Position numbers and translations under genes: made by a program
The notes under the pieces: model-generated
The model's input: the letters and a program-made list of their open reading frames with translations, nothing else
Told to the model about the DNA's origin: nothing
The model's database searches: none
Source: an uncultured Clostridia bacterium
GTDB taxonomy: Bacteria > Bacillota > Clostridia > Oscillospirales > CAG-272
NCBI GenBank assembly: GCA_944381075.1
Contig: CALWJT010000004.1
Coordinates: 16,262 to 80,261, forward strand
Length of the DNA: 64,000 nucleotides
Direction of reading: 5' to 3'
Shown here: piece by piece, positions 50,173 to 59,367 of the stretch
How positions within the stretch are numbered: the stretch's first letter is position 1
Layout of the letters: every line of letters starts with the position of its first letter

Positions 50173-52617
50173 TTATGTATTGGTAGGATTGATATCGACG
50201 GCGAGCACGATTTTCCCCTGTGCTTTTTTTCCGTATTCGGAAAGCATGACGGCAAACAGCGCGCGCGCCCGTTTGTTGTTCTTGAATTTTATGACGATAC
50301 GCATCCGGTATTTGTTTCTGACCTTGAAAACGGGCGCCTCGAACGGGCCGAACATCAAAAATTTGACGTCTTCAAATCCATGTGTCTGTTTGTTCTTGAA
50401 GGCTTCCGCGAAGTCGGCGGAGAATGTCCGCAGTGCCGTCTCCTCGTCTGCGGAAAAAGAAAATACGGCGATGTCGCAGAACGGCGGGAATACCAGCGCG
50501 CGGCGCACTGCGATTTCATTTTGATAAAAAGCCTCGTAGTCCTGTGCCGCGGAAAGACGGATGGTTTCGTTTTCGGGATTGTAGGTTTGGATGACGGCAT
50601 GTCCGCCTCCGCCGGCGCGTCCGGCGCGTCCGATAACCTGTGTGATAAGGGAAAAAGTCCGTTCGTTTGCGCGGAAATCGTCAAGGAAAAGCGAATTGTC
50701 CGCTGCGACGACCCCGACCAAGGAAAGGTTTGGGAAGTTATGTCCCTTAGCGATCATCTGCGTCCCGATGAGGATATCCGCGTCTCCTCTGCCGAAGGAT
50801 GCCGTGATCTCGTCCTGAGAAAAGCGCTGCTTTGTCGTGTCGGCGTCCATGCGCAGGATTTTGGCTTCCGGCAGGAAGGAGGCGATCTCGTCTTCGATAC
50901 GCTGCGTTCCGTATCCGGCGAACGCAAGATGCTCGCTTCCGCATTTCGGACAGAAATGCGGAACGGGGATACGATATCCGCAGTAGTGGCAGATAAGCTG
51001 CGCGCCGCGCGCTGTTTTATGATGCGTCAGCGAAACGGAGCAATTGGGGCAGAGCAGTGCCTCTCCGCAGGCACGGCAGGAAAGCAGGCTGTGATAGCCG
51101 CGGCGGTTCAAGAAAAGCATGGACTGCTTGCCGCTCTCATAAGTCTTCCGCATCTCTTCCCGCAGCGTTTGCCCGATAAATTCGTCCGGGTCCTGGCCCG
51201 AGAGGCGCATGTCGGCGATGGTAACGGACGGCAGAGCACTGCCATGATATCGCTTGGAGAGCGTGACAAGCTCATATTTCCCGGCTTTTGCTTCATAATA
51301 GCTTTCCACGCAGGGAGTAGCGGACGCCATGACAAGCAGGGCCCCGTGAAAAAACGCACGGTACTTGGCTACATCTCTGGCGTGATATTTTGGAGACATA
51401 TCCGATTTGTAGGTGGCTTCCTGCTCTTCGTCTAAAACGATGAGTCCGATATGAGAAAGCGGCGCAAAGACCGCGGACCGTGTTCCGAGCACGATGGATA
51501 CCTCTGCGCGGCGGATCCGTTTATAGGTGTCGAAGCGCTCTCCGTCAGAAAGGCCGGAATGGACGACCGCTGTTTTTTCCCCGAAGCGGGAAAAAAACAG
51601 GGATACGGTCTGCCTTGTCAGCGAGATCTCCGGAACAAGCACCATAGCGGACTTTCCCTCGCTTACCGCTTTTTCACAGAGCGCAAGGATGACGCTTGTC
51701 TTCCCGCTGCCTGTCACGCCGTAGAGAAGAGCGGCATGCGCCTGTTCCGTTTCCATCAAGGCGGAAAGCCTTCGGAAGGCAAGCTCCTGCTCCTCGTTTA
51801 AGGATCGTTCGGTGCGATCGAGCGGAAGGTCCCTGTAGGAGTTGCGCAGGACTTCATTTTTGGTTAGCTTCAAAAAACCACGCTTTACAAGCGCCTTAAT
51901 ATGAGCGGGCTTGTAACCGGCGTCGATGAGGGCGCTTGTCGGGAGCGGTCCGTTTTCCTCCAGCAATTCTAAAATTTTTCGGTAAGACTGCGGTGTGCGC
52001 GGTTTTGAAAGAGAGGAAGGGTCCGCGTCTTCTGCAAGGGAGGCGATCTCTTCGACGGCGCCGCCGGTTTCTTTGATGCGGGTATCTGCCTGGATGTAAC
52101 CCTCCGTTTGCAGCGTTTTGAGCGCCGGCTGGATTTCCGGTCCAAACTCCTTTTCCAGCCGGCGGCGCGTAACGGGGGAATGCTCTGCGATGAAAGCGAG
52201 CACGGCGGACGCCTTGACATTCAGTGCGGGTGAGCCGTCCTCTCGCGGTACAATGATAAAATATTCATCGGCTCGTTCAAAAGCGCCGGCGGGGATCAGA
52301 CGGCGGACGGCGTCGCCGGCCGTACACAGCGTTCGGTCACATAAAAAAGAAACAAGCGCCATCATTTCATCGTTTAAGGAAAGCGGACGGTTGATAGAAG
52401 AAAGCACCGGCTTGAGCCGGCTGTAATCCTTCGCCGTACCGGTGCTCGTCACCAGCGCGCAGAGCTTTTTGTTGCCATTGCCGAACGGGACCAGAACAAA
52501 GTCGCCGACAGCGAATTCTTCTGCTATGGTTTCCGGGACATAATAGGTGTATTCTATATCGAGATGATAGGGAACATCCAAAAGCCGCACGCCGAGCGTT
52601 TTGATATCGGAGCGCAT
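50173..52617 (-). CDS. priA: Primosomal protein N' (PriA helicase)
   Basis: ATG at 52617 (MRSDIKTLGVRLLDVP). Walker A GVTGSGKT, DEEQ, and Cys-rich zinc fingers (CRACGEALLCPNC, CHYCGY...CPKCGS). Confidence 0.93.
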   Translation of the reverse strand: MRSDIKTLGVRLLDVPYHLDIEYTYYVPETIAEEFAVGDFVLVPFGNGNKKLCALVTSTGTAKDYSRLKPVLSSINRPLSLNDEMMALVSFLCDRTLCTAGDAVRRLIPAGAFERADEYFIIVPREDGSPALNVKASAVLAFIAEHSPVTRRRLEKEFGPEIQPALKTLQTEGYIQADTRIKETGGAVEEIASLAEDADPSSLSKPRTPQSYRKILELLEENGPLPTSALIDAGYKPAHIKALVKRGFLKLTKNEVLRNSYRDLPLDRTERSLNEEQELAFRRLSALMETEQAHAALLYGVTGSGKTSVILALCEKAVSEGKSAMVLVPEISLTRQTVSLFFSRFGEKTAVVHSGLSDGERFDTYKRIRRAEVSIVLGTRSAVFAPLSHIGLIVLDEEQEATYKSDMSPKYHARDVAKYRAFFHGALLVMASATPCVESYYEAKAGKYELVTLSKRYHGSALPSVTIADMRLSGQDPDEFIGQTLREEMRKTYESGKQSMLFLNRRGYHSLLSCRACGEALLCPNCSVSLTHHKTARGAQLICHYCGYRIPVPHFCPKCGSEHLAFAGYGTQRIEDEIASFLPEAKILRMDADTTKQRFSQDEITASFGRGDADILIGTQMIAKGHNFPNLSLVGVVAADNSLFLDDFRANERTFSLITQVIGRAGRAGGGGHAVIQTYNPENETIRLSAAQDYEAFYQNEIAVRRALVFPPFCDIAVFSFSADEETALRTFSADFAEAFKNKQTHGFEDVKFLMFGPFEAPVFKVRNKYRMRIVIKFKNNKRARALFAVMLSEYGKKAQGKIVLAVDINPTNT

Positions 52618-52901
52618 TATTTGGTTTGCTCTTCGGATTTTTCCTCCGGCAGGATGACCCGGTACTCCCCGTCGTAGAGCTTCTGCACGGCATTTTCCAC
52701 CGCTTTGTTGTCGCGGATGTCGCTTGAGATCATGGAGGCGATGCTTTTGTCCGTTTTTTTGTCTGCGATCATTTTTTCCGCTTTTTCCCGCTGCGCGACA
52801 TATTCGTCGGTGATGAGCCTTGCGCATTTTGCCGTTGCGATAACGAGGGAATATCGGTTGAATTTTCCTTTTGTTAACTGTTCAATAGACGGTGTGATCA
52901 T
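52617..52901 (-). CDS. rpoZ: RNA polymerase omega subunit
   Basis: 94 aa. NRYSLVIATAKCARLI motif, and the position between gmk and priA. Confidence 0.85.
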   Translation of the reverse strand: MITPSIEQLTKGKFNRYSLVIATAKCARLITDEYVAQREKAEKMIADKKTDKSIASMISSDIRDNKAVENAVQKLYDGEYRVILPEEKSEEQTK

Positions 52902-52930
52902 AAAAGGTTCCTTTCTTCTGTAGCATCATT

Positions 52931-53539
52931 TTATGAAAAGAAATGCTCTTTGATATCGCGGTTGCGGAAGGTCTTGAGGGTTTCCGCCTTTAAAATGGCA
53001 AGGACATCCTGAGCGGCGTTTTCCACATCATTGTCCCGGTTGGTGACAATATAATCGTACTGGTCGAAGCACTCCAGCTCCACTCTTGCTTTCTGCATCC
53101 GCTTGTCGATGATTTCGGGAGATTCTGTTCCTCTGCCCCGAATGCGCCGCATCAGAGTCGCAAAATCCGGCGGAAGGACGAATACCATGATCGCCTCCGG
53201 CAGCTTTTCCTTGACCTGCAAAGCGCCTTGGACGTCGATATCGAGGATCATGTTTTTTCCGGCGGAAAGTGCTTTTTCGACCGGCTTTTTCGGCGTGCCG
53301 TAGTAATTTCCCACATACTCCGCATATTCGAGCATTTCGCCCGCGGCGATTTTTTCCTCGAATTCCTGCTTGCCGACAAAGAAGTAATGGACCCCCTCAA
53401 GCTCTCCGGGACGGGGACTGCGGGTGGTGGCGGATACGGAAAAGTCGAATTCGGCAAGCTCTCGTACCCGCTTGACGATGGTTCCTTTCCCGCTGCCGGC
53501 GGGTCCGGAAATGATAAAAAGAAGACCTTTTTTCTTCAT
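52931..53539 (-). CDS. gmk: Guanylate kinase
   Basis: 202 aa. P-loop GPAGSGKGT and the TTRSPRPGE motif. Confidence 0.95.
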   Translation of the reverse strand: MKKKGLLFIISGPAGSGKGTIVKRVRELAEFDFSVSATTRSPRPGELEGVHYFFVGKQEFEEKIAAGEMLEYAEYVGNYYGTPKKPVEKALSAGKNMILDIDVQGALQVKEKLPEAIMVFVLPPDFATLMRRIRGRGTESPEIIDKRMQKARVELECFDQYDYIVTNRDNDVENAAQDVLAILKAETLKTFRNRDIKEHFFS

Positions 53540-53829
53540 GGACGGCTCCCTTCTGAGACGTCGTCATCGCTTTCCTCCATATCCTCCTGCTCCGCCTGAC
53601 CATTTAACCTCGTGGAAATGGTCTCCGCCTTGATGGCAGATAGGATGATGTGGTCGCTGTCCGTGAAAATGACGGACCGTGTCCGTCTGCCGCAGGAGAC
53701 GTCGATGACGCGGCCGGCGTCCCGCGCATCCTGGATCAGCCGCTTGATCGGCGCGGAATCCGGACTGGCAATCGAGATGACCCGATGTGCCGCCACCATA
53801 TTTCCGTTTCCGATGCTTATGAATTTCAT
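53536..53829 (-). CDS. remA: DUF370 regulator RemA (YlzA)
   Basis: 97 aa, [33 protein letters not shown]. Position upstream of gmk as in B. subtilis, with an ATGA overlap with gmk. Confidence 0.85.
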   Translation of the reverse strand: MKFISIGNGNMVAAHRVISIASPDSAPIKRLIQDARDAGRVIDVSCGRRTRSVIFTDSDHIILSAIKAETISTRLNGQAEQEDMEESDDDVSEGSRP

Positions 53830-53853
53830 ATTTATCCTCTTTCTGTGCCGGTT

Positions 53854-54735
53854 TTATTCGATGTTCTGAATTTGCTCCCGGATTTTTTCAAGCTCGCTTT
53901 TGATTTCCACGACAAGCTTGGCGATTTCCGAGTTGCATGCCTTTGCGCCGATGGTATTGGCCTCTCGGTTGAACTCCTGCAGCAGAAAATCAAGCTTCCG
54001 GCCGGCCGGCTCGTCCGCCTCTACGATAGCGTCAAAGGCCTTGAAGTGCGAATTTAAGCGTACCAGCTCCTCGTCGATGGCGATCTTGTCTGCGGCAAGC
54101 GCACATTCGGTCAGCAGACGGCTTTCGTCTATCGAAGCGTCTTTTAGGAACTGCCGCACCCGTGCTTCTATTTTTGCATATTGAGACTTTGCGTCGTTTT
54201 TGGAGAGCGCCGCGATTTGTGAAACAAGCGTCTCGACGCGCGCCCGCTTGGAGAGAATATCGGCTTTCAGATTGGCGCCCTCGCGCTCTCTCGCTTGGAT
54301 AAAGGTGTTGGTTGCTTCTTCCAGTACAGGCAGCACGTTTTTCCACTCGCGTTCCGTATCGTCATCCGCTTTTTTTACGGCGAAAATATCATGGTTATTC
54401 GCCACGGACATCGTGGTGATGTCGTTGGGAAGGCCGAATTCCTCCGAGAGCTGCCTCAGTGCGGCGATGTAGCTTGACGCATAGGCGTGGTCAAGCGTTA
54501 TCGAAACGCCGGAATCCTCTAAGACGTCGATGGATACGAATATTTCGACTTTGCCTCTGGCGATGCCTCGGGCAATGAGATAGGACTTGATCTTATCCTC
54601 CAAAAAACCGAAAAGTCGGGGAAGCTTGACGGTATAATCGATATAACGGCCGTTCACGGATTTGATTTCCACCAGAATATCGCGGCCGCCGATTTCTTTT
54701 CTTGCTCTGCCGAACGCTGTCATGCTCTTCATCAT
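53854..54735 (-). CDS. yicC: YicC/YloC-family endoribonuclease
   Basis: 293 aa. MTAFGRA...EIKSVNGRYID start and C-terminal LLQEFNREANTIGAK motif. Confidence 0.88.
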   Translation of the reverse strand: MMKSMTAFGRARKEIGGRDILVEIKSVNGRYIDYTVKLPRLFGFLEDKIKSYLIARGIARGKVEIFVSIDVLEDSGVSITLDHAYASSYIAALRQLSEEFGLPNDITTMSVANNHDIFAVKKADDDTEREWKNVLPVLEEATNTFIQAREREGANLKADILSKRARVETLVSQIAALSKNDAKSQYAKIEARVRQFLKDASIDESRLLTECALAADKIAIDEELVRLNSHFKAFDAIVEADEPAGRKLDFLLQEFNREANTIGAKACNSEIAKLVVEIKSELEKIREQIQNIE

Positions 54736-54937
54736 AGGATAAAGCCTTTCTATAGATAAACTATTATAGGATAACTATATTTTATATTATAGCCCAATTT
54801 GAACGGGCTTGTCAACCGATTTTATCCAAAACCTTTTGATTTTCAGAAAGAACCCTGTCTCGGCTATGAACCGTTCGAGAATATCCCGAAAACCAGTGCG
54901 GATATTGATCAAAATAGAGATGATTTATGAAAAGAAC

Positions 54938-54966
54938 TTGACTTTTCCTGAAAGGTATGATACTAT
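54938..54966 (+). promoter_or_regulatory. Sigma-A-type promoter with extended -10
   Basis: TTGACT (54938-43), 17 nt, TACTAT (54961-66), with TG two nt upstream of the -10. Sits ~110 nt upstream of the 55075 CDS. Confidence 0.5.
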
Positions 54967-55074
54967 GAAAATACGGGATTTCCCGTGCGGGGACGGCACC
55001 CATCACAAAAAACAGCAAAGGGTCCGGTATACCACAGCCGGCCGCAAATCGAATAAAGGGGGAGGCACCACCCA

Positions 55075-55740
55075 TTGGAAAAAACGGTACAAGTTGTCGA
55101 TGAAGCCGGCATCCGGTATGAAGCGACCTATCCGCGGCGGGCGAAGGGGCTCGTCAAAAACGGCAGGGCGCGCTTTGTCGATGAAAATACGATTTGTCTT
55201 GCGTGTCCGCCGAACAAACAAAACAGAAATTCGGAGGATAAAGAAATGACAAATACAGAAAACATAAAAAATGCTCCTTCTGCAGAGGAGCAGAACAGAA
55301 TCCAGCAGGAAAGGGACCTTGTCGCAGAGCAAATGTGTTGCCGGAGCTCGGAGGCCTGCGGTCCGGAGAAAAAAGGGACCGCGGATCCTGTTTATTCGCT
55401 GGAATATGCGCTGGAGATGCTGGAAAAGCTCGCAAAGGATACCTCCCATATCCATGAAGCTTTGGCGGCCGTCGCCTCGATGGAAAGCGAGCCGACGATA
55501 GAAGGCAGCTCCGCGGACGAGCTGGCAAAGGCTGCGGCGGAAATCGTCCGCTGCAGGGAGGCCACCAATCAGAAGCTCATTGCCTTTTATGAGAAAATGG
55601 CAGAGGACTGCCGTCCGCAGAGCGAGACGCGCAAGCGTGCGGAGTTTTTGGGCTGGGTGCGTGACTGCATCGGAGCGGCGGATCACCGCGTAGGCCTGCC
55701 TGACTTTGCAGAAATGGCTGAGCTCTATAAGAGCCTGTAA
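55075..55740 (+). CDS. Hypothetical acidic protein
   Basis: 221 aa with a TTG start 9 nt after GGGGGAGG. I recognise no family. The N-terminus is MEKTVQVVDEAGIRYEATYPRRAKGLVKNGRARF and the rest is predicted helical and acidic. Confidence 0.55.
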   Translation: MEKTVQVVDEAGIRYEATYPRRAKGLVKNGRARFVDENTICLACPPNKQNRNSEDKEMTNTENIKNAPSAEEQNRIQQERDLVAEQMCCRSSEACGPEKKGTADPVYSLEYALEMLEKLAKDTSHIHEALAAVASMESEPTIEGSSADELAKAAAEIVRCREATNQKLIAFYEKMAEDCRPQSETRKRAEFLGWVRDCIGAADHRVGLPDFAEMAELYKSL

Positions 55741-55778
55741 GGGAAAAGCCCCGTCGAAAGACGGGGCTTTTCCCTTAG
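55741..55778. terminator. Bidirectional intrinsic terminator
   Basis: Perfect 15-bp stem GGGAAAAGCCCCGTC-GAAA-GACGGGGCTTTTCCC immediately after the 55075-55740 stop. Confidence 0.8.
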
Positions 55779-55809
55779 AAGGACCGGCATCAGCAAGGGA
55801 TGAGAGCGG

Positions 55810-57021
55810 TCAGGGCAGGAGCTCTTCAATTTTTCGGTTGAGCGCGTCTATATCAGGCACGGATATAGGTTCGTTTGTCAGCCCGTATTCCGCTTTCAGG
55901 GAAAGGATCCGCAGCACGCTTTCGTTCAGGCGCTCCTCGGAGATCCGGCCGGAATCCACCGCGTGGAGAAGAGCATCATAGGCCGTTTTCAGATTTTCCG
56001 CCTCATGGCAGATAAGCAGGAGATCGCAGCCCGCCTCTACCGCCCGGACCGCCACTTCTCCGATGCCGTAAGCATCGGAGATCGCGCCCATGGTGAGGTC
56101 GTCGGTGCAGACTACCCCGTCGAAGCCCATTTGCTCCCGCAGGACTCCCGTGACGACGGTGTGGGAAAGGCTTGCGGGATTTTCCGCGTCCAAGCTCGAC
56201 ATTAGGATGTGGCCCACCATGATGACGGGAACCCCCGACTGGATGGCCTTGCGGAAAGGGACCGCGTCGCTTTGCTCCCATTCTCCGCGCGTTTTGTCGA
56301 TCACGGGCAGCTCCGTATGGGAATCGGCTGCGGTATCGCCGTGTCCGGGGAAATGCTTTCCTGCGGCGATGGTCCCGCTGTCACGAAGTCCGCCCGCGAC
56401 CAGTGCCGCCGCCCATGCCGCCGTTTCCGGATCGCTGCTGTAGGAGCGGTCTCCGATCACCGTATTGTTTGGATTGGAAAACACATCCATAACAGGTGCA
56501 AAATCGAGATTGAGACCGAATGCGCCGCATTCGGCGCCGAGAACTCTGCCGAGCTCGGTCAAAAGGGACGAATCGGATGAATTTCCAAACGTATAGGCGG
56601 AGGGGAGATCGGTGATTTCGGCCGGCATGCGCGAAACGCGGCCGCCCTCCTCGTCCACACAGAGAAAAAGCGGGATATAGTCGCCGTTCAAGGCTTTCAG
56701 CTGATTGGTAAGCGCCGTCAGCTGGCGGCTGTCCGAGACGTTTCTTCCGAACAGGATGATGCCTCCCACCTGATAATCCGTGACGGCGGAGATTCCGTCC
56801 TCGCCTGCTTCCGTGCCGGCGATGCCGGCTACGAGAAGCTGCGCGACCTTTTGCTCTGTTGTCATCCCTTTCAGCGTTTGCTCCTCCGGAGAAGGAGCTG
56901 CCGTTGTTTCCGGCACTGTCGTACCGGAGGAGGGCGTCGTCTGCGCCGGCGCCTTTCCGCAGGAAACGGTAAAAAAGAGGGCAAAACAGAGGAGAATCGA
57001 TAGAATTCGTTTGGGCTGCAT
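55810..57021 (-). CDS. GH3 beta-N-acetylhexosaminidase (NagZ/YbbD-like) lipoprotein
   Basis: 403 aa. Lipobox FFTVSC, and KHFPGHGDTAADSH catalytic-region motif. Confidence 0.85.
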   Translation of the reverse strand: MQPKRILSILLCFALFFTVSCGKAPAQTTPSSGTTVPETTAAPSPEEQTLKGMTTEQKVAQLLVAGIAGTEAGEDGISAVTDYQVGGIILFGRNVSDSRQLTALTNQLKALNGDYIPLFLCVDEEGGRVSRMPAEITDLPSAYTFGNSSDSSLLTELGRVLGAECGAFGLNLDFAPVMDVFSNPNNTVIGDRSYSSDPETAAWAAALVAGGLRDSGTIAAGKHFPGHGDTAADSHTELPVIDKTRGEWEQSDAVPFRKAIQSGVPVIMVGHILMSSLDAENPASLSHTVVTGVLREQMGFDGVVCTDDLTMGAISDAYGIGEVAVRAVEAGCDLLLICHEAENLKTAYDALLHAVDSGRISEERLNESVLRILSLKAEYGLTNEPISVPDIDALNRKIEELLP

Positions 57022-57088
57022 AAAAATTCCTTTCTATATTGGGGCAATACCGGAGGTCTGGGCTTCCGGAGGCAGGACATCGGCTGCG

Positions 57089-57589
57089 CTACTGCCACGC
57101 GGGATCCTGCGTCAAATCCGCGGCTTGGACGGCGATCGCCTTTTGCAGCGATGAAAGCGGCATTTCTATCTGCCGTCCGATTTTTCCCGCGCTGAAAAAA
57201 ATCGTGTCATAATCCGCCGCCGTCAGGTGGATGCGGGTCGGAAAGGCTTTTTTCATCCCGATGGGAGAGCAGCCGCCGTGGACGTATCCCGTCAGCGGGA
57301 GAAGCTCCTTTTGCTTTATCATTTCGACCGCCTTTTCTCCGACTGCGGCGGCTGCTTTTTTTAGATTCAGCTCTGCTTCTGCGGGGATCATAAAGACATA
57401 GTGTCCGCCGGACTTTCCGACGGTGACGAGCGTTTTGAATACCTTTTTGGGGTCGGCGCCGAGCCTGTTCGCCATCTGTACGGCGGAATCCGTGCCGCTT
57501 ACGTCACAGCTGTGGCTTTGGTATTCGATCCCGGCCGCGTCCAAGATCCGCATCACGTTGGTTTTTTCCATTTGTTTTGCTTGGGACAT
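57089..57589 (-). CDS. ybaK: Cys-tRNA(Pro)/Cys-tRNA(Cys) deacylase YbaK
   Basis: 166 aa, N-terminus TNVMRILDAAGIEYQ. The GGCSPIG motif is the main support for the call. RBS AGGAG upstream. Confidence 0.85.
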   Translation of the reverse strand: MSQAKQMEKTNVMRILDAAGIEYQSHSCDVSGTDSAVQMANRLGADPKKVFKTLVTVGKSGGHYVFMIPAEAELNLKKAAAAVGEKAVEMIKQKELLPLTGYVHGGCSPIGMKKAFPTRIHLTAADYDTIFFSAGKIGRQIEMPLSSLQKAIAVQAADLTQDPAWQ

Positions 57590-57716
57590 GAATAACTCCT
57601 GTGAATTTTGTGTGTTTTTCCCTTTTCCAAAGGGAAAATGCCGCGACGCATGGCGCGGTATAAAAGCGAGCCTGTGTCCTTTTTTGCTTTTGCTTTCCTG
57701 TTCTGCGCATTTTTCA

Positions 57717-58160
57717 AAATGCGGGTGTCCCGCTCGGCCGTTTGTGCGAAAAAGGAGCTACAGCGCAGATTCCGGCACATGGTTCCATTTTCTTCGGAAA
57801 TCCACGGCGGTAAATCGAAGCCAAGAGCGGTTCTATCCCTTTTTGCGTTGTTTTTTTCTATGGCAATGGATGCTTTGTATGCAGACAAATCTGTCGCGCA
57901 AGAGCGATAGCGCGCGCCTTTGGCAAATACCGCCGAAAAATCCCCCGTGCGCGCAAAGCTTTTGGTACACCGAGCGTTATTGCGCCGCGTGTTTGTCCTG
58001 CCAAGCGGCACATTGCGCTGTGACAAAGAAAAAACGCAGAGGAAAGGGCGAACGGGCACAAAACCGCTTTGGACGATGCTCTGCCGCTGAGGCTTGCGAA
58101 GCCTGTGCAAACCGTGTCGGGAGCGGCGTGCAAAAGCAAAGTTTTCGCACGGAGTCAGTC
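57717..58160 (+). repeat. Copy B (full length, ~445 nt) of the dispersed non-coding element family
   Basis: Colinear with copy A. Anchors include ACAGCGCAGATTC, GCGGTTCTATC, ATACCGCC+GAAAAATCCC (57927-57944), CTGCCGCTGAGG (58081-58092) and ACCGTGTCGG (58111-58120). No credible CDS. Confidence 0.6.
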
Positions 58161-58239
58161 TGACGGGATAGCCGTGTATTCTTTTTGTTCTTTTCTTCGG
58201 CGCGCGGGAAAAAACGCCGGTTCTCCCTTTTCAAGGAGG

Positions 58240-58270
58240 AAAAACCAGCACGGGAACCGTGCTGGTTTTT
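58240..58270 (-). terminator. pfkA intrinsic terminator
   Basis: AAAAACCAGCACGG-gaa-CCGTGCTGGTTTTT, 3 nt downstream of the pfkA stop. Confidence 0.7.
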
Positions 58271-58272
58271 CC

Positions 58273-59334
58273 TTATTTGATCTCGTTTGCGATCTCGTAA
58301 AGCTTCTGCATCCTGGAAAGAACATCCGCACAGCGGGCCTCCATCCACGCCTTGTCCTCCGGCGACAGGGAGGCGAGCTCCTCCGGGGTGATCTTCTTTT
58401 TGAACATCCGGTCGACAAGCAGAGCCTTGTCGATGTCGACGCAGCAGATTCGTCCGTCGTTCTTGCAGATGACAATGTTGGATTTTCCCGCAAAAAGCTG
58501 ATCGATGGCCTCGACGCCCATTTCGGAGGCGACGAGCCTGTCCGTAAGGGTGGGAGAGCCGCCGCGCTGAACGTGGGCAAGCCGTGCGAATTTTGTCTCG
58601 ATGCCGGTCTTTTCCTCAATGGTCTTGGCAAGCTTTTCGGCATAGCCGACCAGTCCCTCGGAGACGATGACGATGAACGCGCGCTTGCCGCCCTTCTTCT
58701 GTTTTATGATATCGGCGATGGCCTTGTCCTCATCGAACGGGATCTCCGGGATGGCGACGGCGGAAGCGCCGCACGCAATCCCAGTGCGCAGCGCAATATG
58801 TCCTGCCCAGCGTCCCATGACCTCGACCACATCGCAGCGGGCGTGGGATTCGCAGGTGTCGCGCAGCCTGTCCACCATCTGCACGACGGTATTCATCGCG
58901 GTATCAAAGCCGACGGTATAGTCGGTGGAGGTAATGTCGTTGTCAATGGTGCCGGGAATCCCGATGGTGGGGATCCCATGGTCGGAAAGATCGGTGGCTC
59001 CGCGGAACGTACCGTCTCCGCCGCAGGCGATAATTCCGTCGATGTGATTTTTTTCGCAGGTAGCGATGGCCTTCGCCATACCCTCCGGCGTTTTGAATTC
59101 AAGGCAGCGGTCGGAGTAGAGCATCGTTCCGCTTCTTGTGATGATGTTGCAAAGGTCTGCGGGAGAGGAAAAGAGCTTCATGTTGTCCTCGATCAGTCCC
59201 TTGTAGCCCTCATATATGCCGTAAACCTCGACGCCGCGCGCGAGAGCGGTTCTTGCCGCTGCGCGCACGACCGCGTTCATGCCGGGCGCGTCGCCGCCCG
59301 AGGTAAGAATGCCGATTCTTCTGAATGTTTTCAT
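58273..59334 (-). CDS. pfkA: ATP-dependent 6-phosphofructokinase
   Basis: 353 aa. Motifs RIGILTSGGDAPGMNA, GGDGT and PGTIDNDI. Confidence 0.95.
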   Translation of the reverse strand: MKTFRRIGILTSGGDAPGMNAVVRAAARTALARGVEVYGIYEGYKGLIEDNMKLFSSPADLCNIITRSGTMLYSDRCLEFKTPEGMAKAIATCEKNHIDGIIACGGDGTFRGATDLSDHGIPTIGIPGTIDNDITSTDYTVGFDTAMNTVVQMVDRLRDTCESHARCDVVEVMGRWAGHIALRTGIACGASAVAIPEIPFDEDKAIADIIKQKKGGKRAFIVIVSEGLVGYAEKLAKTIEEKTGIETKFARLAHVQRGGSPTLTDRLVASEMGVEAIDQLFAGKSNIVICKNDGRICCVDIDKALLVDRMFKKKITPEELASLSPEDKAWMEARCADVLSRMQKLYEIANEIK

Positions 59335-59367
59335 ATGTTTTTGTCCCCTTGTCTTTGTACTCTGTTT

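Noticed and set aside
49738-51435. 565-aa ORF antisense to def/priA; similar shadows at 24653-25912 (rny), 26996-28036 (pheS), 28508-30031 (pheT), 1199-2377 (efp region), 2417-3514 (peptidase), 61548-62540 (AraC), 11042-12001 (dnaA 3' end plus spacer)
   Set aside because: All are mirror frames of confidently identified genes in a GC-rich genome. None has a plausible start context or recognisable domain.
50173-52827. N-terminal extensions offered by the ORF track: priA to 52827, rsgA to 44368, rsmB to 48839, DUF2493 to 63534, TetR to 40661, recX from 20289, hydrolase from 40667, corrinoid to 61615, PP2C to 46277, pepV from 22336, recA from 19483
   Set aside because: In each case the extension overlaps the upstream gene or is Arg/Cys-rich nonsense. 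An internal ATG or TTG with a proper Shine-Dalgarno sequence gives the canonical family N-terminus.
54967-55074. Riboswitch in the leader of the 55075 gene
   Set aside because: I compared it by eye with c-di-GMP-I/II, ZTP and ykkC-type consensus cores and found no convincing match. Only short, unstable helices are available.
54809-55249. 146-aa ORF overlapping the promoter and start of the 55075 gene
   Set aside because: It starts inside an AT-rich promoter region with no RBS and has a Lys/Arg-rich translation. The overlapping frame starting at 55075 has a strong RBS and a terminator directly after its stop.
57423-58348. ORFs 57423-58163 (+), 57553-58110 (-), 57608-57910 (+) and 57977-58348 (-) in the ybaK-pfkA gap
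   Set aside because: The reasoning is the same as above. The translations are nonsense-like, the frames overlap, one runs through the pfkA terminator, and the only AAGGAG (57751) is 22 nt from the next ATG.
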